Source: an uncultured Planctomycetia bacterium (lineage in GTDB: Bacteria > Omnitrophota > Gorgyraeia > Velamenicoccales > JABMQK01). From it: a stretch of 41,169 nt of DNA. Shown here piece after piece: positions 20,301 to 32,300 of the stretch. The position numbers were made by a program, and so were the translations under genes. The stretch is taken from NCBI GenBank assembly GCA_964520705.1, contig CAZFPS010000005.1, forward strand, positions 1 to 41,169, given 5' to 3'. How positions within the stretch are numbered: the first letter of the stretch is position 1; each line of letters begins with the position of its first letter. The notes beneath the pieces were generated by a model that had not been told where the DNA came from, ran no database searches, and was given only the letters and a program-made list of their open reading frames with translations.

Positions 20301-23300
20301 TTCCTTTAGCGAAGATTCCGGGCGTTCACTGATTTATCAGGATCAAAGCGGCAATGATGTTAATTTTGATTTAAACAGATACGGTTCTTTTGCCGGCAGC
20401 ACCATGTTAGAAGGGCAAGGACCGTTTATAGGAGATTTTACTACATATAGGCCTCAGGGAGAAGAAGGCAGTCTTTGGGAAGGAGCTAAAAATATTGCTT
20501 CTTCAGCTTGGAGTTTGTTGAAGGGTGGTTCAGGTGATGGCTCTGTTCCCGAAGCCACGGCTTATACCGATAAGGCAACCGGCTGGACTCACTATCAAGG
20601 AAAACTTAATTTAGACGTTCAAGCGCCGTTTTCCACTACTTCTTCAGTGTCAGTTAATTTCCAGAACGCAGTATTTAATATTCCCGAAGGAAAAGAACTG
20701 GTTGGTTTCTCGACCAATGATTACGGTGAAGCCCAGATGTCTACTTATTCTTCTAAAACAAAAGATGGGAGAATTATATTTGATAGCGCAGGAGAAATAG
20801 ATGAGCGCATAGATGTTGGACTAAGGAATGATCAGATACTCTATGATTGGAGTCTTATCGGCGGCGGGCGTATGTATAAACCCGGTTCAGAGAGGTATAG
20901 GCCGGGCTTTGATCCGGAATCTACAGGTCCAAGAGAACTGTCTATAAGTGCCGGACCTTCGTGGTGGGAAAATACTTTGGAAAATGTTACTAATTATGCG
21001 GTCCTTGCGTTACTTGTGATTAATCCAGTAGTTTCAACGCTAGCTATGCCTGATGCTTCCAAACAAGCTATACAAGGTGTAAAGAACGATTGGACTTTAG
21101 CGGTATATAAAGCAGAAGAAAGAAGAAGATTTACTTCTGAGATAGGGATAGGAACAACTCATGCCCTTTCAGAATTCATAGTTACTCCAGAAGGAAGAAT
21201 GGTTCTATTAATGCCTTTAGCTGCTTTAGGCGAGACCGCAATAGCAGCCAATTATTTAGCAAGACTTACTACGATATCTCAGGCAATCGGAAGGGCAATT
21301 ACATTCGGCAAAGTAGCTAGTCCTACGCTGCAGGCTCTTGTTGGCGCATCAGCTGTCACAGGAACAACCGCTGTTGTAGGCGGACTAGGTTTTAATGCTG
21401 CAACTGACAAGGGATTAACAGAAGATTTAGTGTCTTATGCTGTAAAGGGTACCTTGCTTCCGGTAGCAGCCTATGCCGCATATACTCGCATTGGAGCGCA
21501 GCTGTTCTTAGCAGGATCGGAGATTTATAAACTTGCCACTACAGGAGAACATCTGACTCTGGGAGAAATGGAAGCAATTTCCATAGCCTCTTTGATACCA
21601 GCAGGCAGAATAGGAAAGTATACTTCATCAGCCTTTCAAGGAACCAGAACAGGTATGGCAATTCAGTGGCTGACTAGGCCTGCGAGTCTTGCTTCTAGTA
21701 CATGGGGAAAAATTGGCTACGCAGCTGGTAGCAGTGCTACGTTAGCCACAATAGGTACTTTAGGAACAGAAGGATTTACTCGGGCATATTCAGGAAAAGG
21801 TTTGACCTGGAAACAACGTGGAACTATTTTCTCAACGTTGTTTTTCGGGAACGTTGCCAGATTGTCAGTCGCAGGTTTGACGCAGTGGGGAGCTAAAGGT
21901 ATAGAGTCAGGTTTAGGATTAGGCAATCAAGGAGCGATTATACAATTAGGATCAAACACAGGTAAGTTGGGGGTAGTAAGGAGTGGATTATTAAGAGTGG
22001 CCAGACCTGTTTTGGGCGGCCTTAATTGTGGTGCAAGTTTAGGATTTGTAGGCGGTGGCGTAGGCCTAATGACCCATAGATGGGAAGAAGATCAGGTAGA
22101 AATTATAGAGGGCTTTGTTGTTCCTCAGGACCCATCACTCTGGAAAACTTTTGGCTCTACATTGAGCGTATTTGGCAAAAGTGCAAAAATTCCGGCCCTG
22201 TTTGGAACTGGGATTGGTTTTGTAGGAGGATTAGGATTAGGTAATGTTTTGAAACCAACTTCGGGATGGTCTTATGCCATTTGGCCGGCATTAGCGCTGA
22301 CTGGAAGGGGTGTATACGACGGAGGTAGATACGCGCTAGGCAATAGAGAGCTCAGTAGATTAGAAGCCAAGCCAGATAAAACCCCGCAGGATGTAGCCAG
22401 GATTAATGAATTAAGAAATAAAGTTTATTTTGAAGGTAAGAATTATGTTGATATTGCTACGCTTGCTGTTGGCCTTCGTTTCCTTAAGGGTTCCAATTTA
22501 ATCAATCCCGCAACATCCACATTGAGCAATTTGTGGCGCCATGCAAAGCTAATGGGTTTCGGGGCAGGCCTTAATGTCGGCAAAGATCTGGCTATGGGGT
22601 ATGCCAACAAGTGGTTTGATATCTCCTTTGGCGAATCCATTGAGATAAAAGATGCTAATGGGGCCCCAGTTTATCTTAAACCCGGATTGACATTTGGTCA
22701 GCAATACTCTGAGGGAAGTTTCTTTGCTAGCGCTTTAAGAGGAGCTGTATGGGCCGAGATAGGTTCTTACGCTGTGAATAACGCTTCCACTGTTTTGGGT
22801 AGAGCATCGGGTAAGTATGGAGCATTGAGGCCACAGCCCATAGAAGGTTCCCCGCTACTGAGGCATAAATTGCCTTTATCTGGAGCTGATAGATTAGGGA
22901 TTGAAGGCTTAATAGGCGCGGTCAAGTGGACTTATATTGGTCCGGCGTTTTCTGTATTCGGCGGTGCATGGAAGTCAAGCATGTATGCTTTGGCTTCAGG
23001 CGGAGAGCTTCCCAATGGTACGCTGTTCAATATCGATTCAGCAATTGATTTTAATAATGATGGGAAAATACAAGATAACGAGAGCGTCCTGATACCTTTA
23101 AAATCAAGAGAAGGAATGAGGAATTTATTAGGAAGCATTAGAGAGAGCCCTATCAGCGGTGTTGTGTTACATCCGATGATTGGTATTGCTTCCCGTAATC
23201 CAGTAACGGCTTCTAGCGGGATAGGTAGGGCTATGGAAAAGACCCAGAGTATGTTTGGGACTAATAGAATTACATCGGAGGCAGGAAACTTGTTTAGAAT

Positions 23301-26300
23301 CGCAGGATTTGTATCTGCGATGGATGTGGCATTAGAGATGGGTTCGACTATTTCTGGTCCGGGCGAGTCTACGGGCTACAACGACCTTGGGACAAGGTAT
23401 ACCAGGCTAAATAGGCAGAATTTAGCGACTGGAATATATGGCACTGAAAGAAGCGCGGCAAGTTGGGGCTTATTGTTTAATTTACCTACATTCACTGGGC
23501 CAAGGGCGACTGGATTGGTTGATAATCAAGGCCGGCCTTTAGACTCTGAAGGTAATGCAATTCCGCAAAAAACATCTTTGTATGACCATACAGGCAGAGA
23601 AATAGATTCAAACGGTAACCCAATCCCTGTCCCTGGAAAGCCTGTAAAATTAGTTGGTGCTACCGGCCAACCAATAGTCAAAGGCAGGCAGGTTAAGCAT
23701 TCAAAGGCTAGTGAATTCTATGAGAAGGTATATGGTTCTTCTGTGCTGCCTTCAGATAGCCATGCAGATTTTGCCGAAAAAATGGTAAGAATGTCAGAGA
23801 TATTATCCAGTTATGAGGGTCCCACTCTAAGGATCTTGGAGCAGGGAGATACAGGTGTAGGTAAGGATTCAGTCACAGCGGCATACCAGAATTTTGCCAC
23901 AGGAAAACGTTCTGTACTTATGGTTCCCACAAATGCAAATGCAAAGAATGCTGCAGCTGAAGCCAAGAATGCCTTTGCGCAATTAGGACTTCATGGCAAG
24001 AGTGTGGAGATTATAGAGCTTGGCAAAGAAGGCTCTTTTGCGAAACTTTCCACAAATCCGGATGTGGTGATATTAACAGATATAAACGCTAAGTCGTTTG
24101 CTAGCTTCTTGAGGGATAGGAATAGTCTATTAAGCAGATTCGGGAGAGAGATATTCGAGGATAGCAATGTGATTATTCCAGAATGGATATATAGCCCAGA
24201 CCTGCAGACGCCATCTGGGAACACAGGGGGCCTGTCTCAGATAAAGAGTTCTATTGAAGGAAGGTCTATGAGGCGCCAAGTAAATAGAGAGGCAAAGATA
24301 TACAAAGAGTTAAAGCTTTGGGAGCATATTGAATTTGAAATTCCCATTGATGGTGAAACTATATATAACCCTCATCTCAGTGAAACTGGAATAAATAAAT
24401 ATGTAGAAAGACATAAAGCCGATAATTTAACTGCCTTGAAGTCACAAAAGGGTGGAGAAGAAAAGGTTGCTGCTATTCAATCTTTAGTTCAAGCTCATGC
24501 ATATGCTATCGAGGCTGGCAGTAAGAATGTGGTGCCTATAAGGGGCAAGACAATTCGCCTTGTTGAGAGGTATGGCTATCAATATGATGTAGTCTTACAT
24601 GATAGGATAAAAGCTCATGCTGAGTCAATGATGGGCGCTAAGTTAGCCAGAGAAGCGGGACGTAAAGACTTCGGCAAGTTAGATCCTTTGCATAAGTATA
24701 GCGCAGGTAGATTTGATAGAATTAGCACAGGAGATGTTTTTGATGTTGCCGAAAGATTCGGAGCAAGATCAATACAAGCCTGGAGCGCCGGCATAGATAA
24801 GATAGAAGCTCGAGAACTTCAGTCCATTCACGGATTCCAAAGAATTAATGATAGGGGGTTGCCAGAAAGATACAGCCTTACAGAGGGAAGAATACCATTT
24901 GATTCACAAAGAAACTTTAGGTTCAGCGAAAAATCTTTGGACCAAGAAATTAATGGCATGGTCCAGTTGGCCATAAGAGATAAACAGGGTCCGTTGGTCT
25001 TAGAAGAGAATATGCCTGGTCATAGTTGGGATGATATTCTTATGTCAACTGTTAGAGCGGCTAGAAAATCTGGGGCTGATGTCTTGGTTTTAGAATACAG
25101 TGGTGAGATGAAAGAAATAAAGACAAGCAGATTAAATGTAGATAGGGCAATGAGGACTGCTAAGAAAGTTGAGCTTTGGGGAAATAAGCAAAAAGATACC
25201 ATAGGAGCATTAGATAGAGTCGCCAATGGAGAGAAAGTGGTTTTGCTTATGGCCAGAGGCCATTTGCGTGGTACCAATGTAAAATTAGGAGCAAGAGGTA
25301 CTCAAAGAATATTGAATGATTTAAAGAGTACAGAGACTCTAACCGCCCAAGGTAAAGACCGCGTAAGAGGTCTATATGAAGAAATTGATAAAGGCAAGTT
25401 TGATGTAAATTTTGAAAAACCATTTACTAATGTAGATTTAAACGCTGAGGCAGGCAAAAGAGGAATGGAAATAGTTGTTTTTGGAGCACCTCGCGATATG
25501 ACCTTCAAAAGATACAGCGAAGCAATGAAAGTTAATGATGTTACTTTTGCAAAAGAAGGGCGCTATCAAACACGCATGGAATACACTCTTAATATGGCTC
25601 ACAGATTTAATCGGGATATCTTAAATCGTGTTGACTCTAAGGCCGCACGCAAATTAATTGAGGATGCTGACTGGGAATTAAGAAAGACTAATGAAATCTG
25701 GTTGCATCTAGATCTTAAAGGAGAGCTAGGCAGAGCTCCGGATAGATTACAGGAGACACTTAATCGTAGCATTGATTCGTTAAGGAAGATATATAATAAG
25801 GATGGTAGGTTATATAAATCACTATCGGAAGAATTAAGGAATTTTGTAGACACAGAGCTCCAGCCTAGAATTTCTACAGCCATTGAATGGGGCAGAGAAG
25901 TTAAGGGTGCAAAACGCCTCGATGCAATGACTACGCCGGAAGAAGCGAGAATAGCACTCGGCCACCACACAAGAATAGAAGATTTGCCAAAACACACCCC
26001 TAGAACTATGGAGGGTCAGGTTGTGCGCAGCGGCGTAAAGGGAGTAAGGGAAGTTTTGCAAATAATAGAAAGCTCAACAATTGAAAGTGGCAGAGATTTA
26101 ATGAATATAGCTCCCGCAGTGGGATATCAGACTTTTCTTGATATAGAGTTCCAGGACGATGATCCTAATAATAAGCAAAGGGTGCAGTGGTTAGCTAATT
26201 CTCAAAATAATGCAACCCAAGGTGGAGTATTTACGCATGATTTAGCATTTGTTTATACCTATGCTGGATTGAAAGAAATCGCTCGAAGCCCCAGCCAGGT

Positions 26301-29300
26301 CACCGCTTATAATACAGCTATAGGGCAAAGTTCTTTCTTGTCACAAGATGAAAAAGAAGCCTTGATTCTTCCTATAGGAGAAAAAATTTCTGATGCTCAG
26401 GCTTTTGATATAGCGGTTAAACTATCTGAGACTAAAATGGTAGATTTAGCTAACTATGATAGGAGAGGCTTAGATTCAATTGTTACAGTAGGAAATGCCT
26501 TGAGAGGATTGTGGGCTGCGAGCGATATTTCTGGAAGAACGGATTCAAAACCATTAGACCGTGAGAACTTTAATTACTTAAGGGATAACTATGGCATAAC
26601 CCAAACAGGTGCGCATAGAGTAGCATTGGGATTAATTGATAAGGATCAAAATAGCACTGCCCACTCAATATTAGCAAAGTCATTAGAAGACAGGGTTAGT
26701 GCCCTAAGATTGGTTGAGAGATTTCATGATTCAAAGATGCTGCGTCCTTTAGTGCCGCTGGTCAACAAATTATACTCGACTAAGTTGTATGGTGGCAAGG
26801 TGTCTGATTTAATTGATTTATCCGATGCCTTAGTAAGTGGCAGCGAATTAGATACATCTATTCTTAGCTTGCCTGGAGAATTAGCCAATATTTATATGCC
26901 ATCCAGGCTTGACTTCAACTATAGTTACAATGATTTAGTCGAATTAGGCGTGACAAAGTTTAATAAGATAAAAGTAGCAGACTTAGCTAAGCTTGGTAGC
27001 AAAAACATAACTAAAAAGCAGCTTTCAAAATGGGGAGTTAGCAGTAGGGAGATAAAGAAAGTTGCTAAAGAAATAGGCAAAATAGCTAAGTCTAAGAAGC
27101 AGTTAACATTTGAAGCATTGGATAAGTTTGTAGAAGATAAAAGGATTGATCAAAGAAATTTGAATACATTAGCCTTTGGCTTGGGCGCAGGAACTCATCC
27201 AGAAATTCAGCTCAATCTGATAAAACTAAGAGGATTTATCAATAAAACAGACTTAGGCCGCAGCTTTACCTCTGATAAGCTTAAGAGAATTGATTTAACG
27301 CATACTACTGCATTTGGATTAGCAGATGGTGTTTATAACTATTCTACTTCTTTAAAGGCTAAGCCTAAGAAAAAAGATATTGACGCTGTTCACATAGATA
27401 CAGCTATCACTCAGGGCATCGCAGGACACACTAGCATTCCAATGACGAATATGAATAAATTCGCTAAGTTGTACACATACAAAGAACGTGAAACTTTAGA
27501 TATGGGTGATTTGCAAGATTTATTCTTTAAGCTTACTGATAAAATATTGCCGGTGGAGAACCATGATATTATCATTCAAAGCGGTAATTTACTGGAGGAT
27601 GTATCGTTTGACCTGCAGCAGCTTACCCTACGCTTGAATATAAATATTAATAAGACACTATCCCATCAGCTCGCCATTGGCAGAGAAGCTATTAGGCTAG
27701 GGCTAGAAAATAATAATATAGAATTGCGCTCCCAGAAGGCCATAGAGACTGCAAAGACGATTATCGGAGAAAATCATAATCTGCTTCACGTTTGGAACTC
27801 AGTAAAGCCGAAGAGAGCGCTGTATGATATTCCACAGAAGCTGCTGGATGTTAAGGATAAAATTGAGCTACAGGCCAACGAAGAAATAGAAGGAAACGTT
27901 GATGATTTGATAGATGCTACTCTTTCAACCTTAAAACAATTAAGTCCAGAGTTAGATATCCCCGCAGATTTTAAAATAGACAGAGATCGTTTAAGAGCAT
28001 TTGTTTTGAGTTATAAAGTGAAATTGATGATGCCGGAAGAGATGCGGCATGCCGGCCCGGCGGAAAGTATTTCAGATAAAAATTCTAATACTATAGCATT
28101 AGATATTAGAAATATAGATGAGCAGGGTTTAGGGTTAAAGCCATTTACGCGTTCTTTAATATTAGGCCATGAGCCAATTCACGTCATTTTGCAGGGAGTC
28201 GCCAATCAGTTAGAAGAAAATATTGGGAAAGACCAAGAAGACCAATTAGATAAAATTAGGAAATTAAAAATAGGACAGCTAGAGAATGAACCTATTGTAT
28301 ATTTGCTTAATTTGCGCACTATGGGTAAGATTTTTGGCAACAGAAGCAAGGAGGTAACCGCTCCAGCTGTAAAACAGCTTATAAGAAAAGTTGTCCCTGG
28401 TAGCAAGGGTAGATTAAGAGATTTGCCAAAGAGCAACAAAGAACTTTATGCAAAATTAAAGGGGCTAGAACAAAGACATGGATTGGGAGTTGCAGCTAAT
28501 TTAGAGGAGTATGCTTTAATAGATTTACCAGATTTAGGGCAGGCAGATAATGGTCTTACTCCTCCTAGAGGAACTACACCGCCAATTGGGCCGTCTTCCG
28601 GCGGAGGATTTGGTAATGATGGTCCATCTATAAGTGATTATACGCCAGCTCCTCCGATAGATCTACTATCACCACCATCGCCAGATAGACCATTAGGAGG
28701 TAAGTCTTCACCGCTATCAATGCCTAAGATGGGCAAGGTAGATATCAAGAGTATCGGAATTGGATTAGCTCTGGCTGTGATTTCTATGCTGCCTTCTTTC
28801 GGTGGAGATCTCCAAGCGCAGCAGCTGCCTGAGATACCCGAGATAGGTTCTTCTTATCAACAAGTAGGAGCATTAGAATTAGATGCTTTACCGTCTTTGC
28901 AGTCATTATCTTTTGGTCCATTATCCTCTGCAGGATATCAATCTTACTTGCCTACTTCATTTATGTCGATGTCTGGTATTGATAATCAGAAGTGGCTTGT
29001 GAAGTTAGTTCAAGACATGGAGAAGCTGAAAGCGGAATTGAGAGAAGTGGAGATGGAGAAGGCACAGGCAAAGATGGATCAGATTCGGGAAGATATTAAG
29101 AAAACCCGTATAGAATTTGCAAAGATAGCAAAGGAGATAAGCTCTTTGAAAATCGATCCTCCGGCGACAATAAGTTCACTCGAGACCAGCATGTCTTCGC
29201 CGATGGCACAACAGCAATTACCACAGCCCAAGCCGATAGCCGTCTCCTCGCCGCTCGTGCCTTTGGCACTCGAGACTTCGTCGGAACTCGCTCTCGCTCG

Positions 29301-32300
29301 TTCCGACTCGCCGCTCGCTCGGCCCGGGAAACCAAGATTCTCCAGATTTGCTAAATTCTTAGGTGTGCTTGGCATAGCTATTGTGGCTAATCTTTGGGGA
29401 TGGGGCGCAGGTGCAGGCGCGGCAGACAATTCCGCCGCCGAGGCTAGAAAATTGCTGGCTATGCAGGCGCAGGCACCAAAGCCAGCACTCGGGATACTTG
29501 AGAGAAAGGCATTGGACTATCTCGAAGATATTAATTTCACTCATATAATTTCCAATGCGCTTGCCAACGCATCACCAGAGGAGCGATATGACATAGTCTT
29601 TAGATTAGCAGATGGATTAACAAGAGCGAATAATTATTATGCAGTTAAAATTGCACGGAAATTTGCATCTATGCCATCAGACGATCCTCTCAAAAGTGTG
29701 GGTGTGGTTGCTTTAGAAGATATGACTATACCTAATGCCAGAGTAGCTCTTGAGGGCATTTTGAATTCTCACCCTCGCGGCAAGGGCAAGGCTCTTGCTA
29801 TGATTATTGAGCCGGAACCCGATGATCCCGCAATGGAAAATTTTGTTAATTTAGAGGTGAAGCCATTGAGGCTGGCTGGCTATGAGACTGTTGTTGATAC
29901 AATAAGAGGCGATACAATAATAGGCCCATTTGGAATTATTGATGCCGTTGCTTCTATAGGCGACAATGGCGAGATGTGGAATAGTTTGCTCATATCTTCA
30001 CATGGTAATTCCAAATTTATATATTTTCCTGTCTCCAAAATGCATCTAACTGTTGACGATTTTAATTTTATGGAGTCTTTTGGTTTAGATCGTTATGTCG
30101 ATCCTAATGCACTGCTTATTAATAGCAGCTGTTATTCATTAGATACGACCATTGTAGATAATTTTGGCAGAGGTATGGGGCATCTTTTAGGAGTCGAAGA
30201 GGTTCAGGGGGCTGTGGATAGAATAGAAGCAAGGCTTACATTTTCTAATAATAGGTGGGGTGTGAAACTATCATCAATCTATGGCGAAGTTGCTTCATAT
30301 CACCCTGTTGATAGCACGCTTATTGTTAGACCATATGAGAATGAGAAAGCGCCTCGTAGTTTTTTAATAGACAACGCGCAGTTAAATGAAATCATTTATT
30401 ATGTTATTGACGATCTCAGAGGATACGAAAAATTTATAAGACAACAGCCGCCAGGAGAACAAACTGAGCGGTTTGAGATATTTAATAAGAGGTTAGCCTT
30501 ATCTTATACGCTATCTGCTGAATACTTACTCGGTGTTGATACCAGCAGTGTTGATATAGGCAGATTTTATGCTAAGTCCTTACAATTATTTCCTGAATTA
30601 GAGGATAGTTTAACAGATTCCGAAATAAGATTAGCTGAACAAGCAGGGCATACAAAACCCATTGATTTTTCAAAATATATTGATATAGGCATTGGGAGTG
30701 GTCTGTTAATATTAGTAGCCCTTGGCGGTATAGTGAGTGCATATAATAATATAGGATGGGGTGGTTTAGCATATTATAGGCGCAGAGAAGGAGATGGGCA
30801 GCAAGCCGAGGTCAAAAACGTTGCAAACAAACGATCCGCCTCCTCGCCGATGAGCGTAACCACGGAAACACGGAAAATTAACAGAAGCACAGGTGGTCTT
30901 AATGATTTAACACTTAATCTTTCTTTCGATAACAATGGAGCGCCGCAGCTCGTCTTAGAACAAGAAGGCAATAGTTCGCCAGTGGCAGTTGCAGAGATAG
31001 ATTCTTATAATCCTCAAACTCGTACGCTTAGATTTAGAGATATACAATCAAGTAGCCCGTTAGCTACACAAGCATTAGTCACCAAAGTATTAGATCAGGG
31101 AATAGCTGTTAAAGTTGAAATCGGCGCACCAATATCCAGCCCAACAGTAGTATCAAACATCGACGCTATAAATAGAGAATTACGTAATTTAATACTTAAT
31201 TCTTCAGAGTTAAAAGCAGTCTCTTCGCCTATTTTTGTAGGAAGGTCACCGATTACTGGCGAGGCAGTCCATAGATTGGATATCAGCAGAAATGATATCA
31301 GTAAGATTTCTTCATCTCCGCTAGCTGAGCAGTTGAAACAACTGCCGTCTTCTTCTCCAATAGCAGTGGATTCAATTAGAGTTCCGCAGAGCAATATAGT
31401 TTCTTTAAGAAGCGCGGTAAAACAGATTGTAGAAAGAGGAGATGATTTCACAGAAGGAGGATTTTTGTTGTTTGGTCGTCAGGACGGAGAGAATTATTCT
31501 ATAAGTGGAATAGTTCCGATAAAAAGATATAGTGATCAGCGCTATGAAGGTTTTGTACCTGACAGAGAAAGCATGGTTAAACAGATCATCGAGCATGCTG
31601 TCGCAGATATAAAATTGATCGGGGTCCTACATTTGCAGCCTTTTGACATGACAAAGTTATTGCAAAAACCAGGCCCGAGCTGGGAAGACCGTATTGGCGA
31701 TGACTTCCTTCTTCCTGAATTAAATGATAAGATCGCGAAAGTTCCTTTAGGAATTGTAATTGAACCTACAGTTCCTAGGGACATCCCTGTATCTCAAATA
31801 GCAAAATTTGTCCCTAAAAACTTTAGCACATATTTCTATTTGCCGGTAAGTAAAACAACAAGAGAGATCAAGATTATTGGCGATCCTGTTGATTTTGAGC
31901 ATTGGGTCAGTCAGGCCAGATTTGCTTCTTCGCCAATTAAGCAGATTGAGCCATTAGCTTTACCTGTGTTAACAGCAGACCCTATAAGTTCGCCAATACA
32001 AGCTGGAAGAATTGATATTCCAACAGGAGTTGAAGCTCAATTAACTGCGCAAATATTCTCAAGCCCGGTTCGCGCACCACCATTAGACGCAGATAATTTG
32101 CGTGTATCTGCGTTAGATTCGCGAGAATTTGCGTTAACAAGCTCACCACTCAAAGCACAAATAAAAACCGCCCTGCCATCCACAAGCTCACCACTCATAG
32201 AAGGCTTCAGACCTTCAAGAACCCTAAAAGAGCTAGAAGCTGAAAATTTCAGACAATTAGGGCAAGAATTCATTAAAGAGGTGATTATTGGATTTTATGT

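Noticed and set aside
28695-28722. AGGAGGT as an internal ribosome-binding site for a separate gene starting at 28720
   Set aside because: It lies 18 nt from the ATG and there is no upstream in-frame stop; it simply encodes Gly-Gly.
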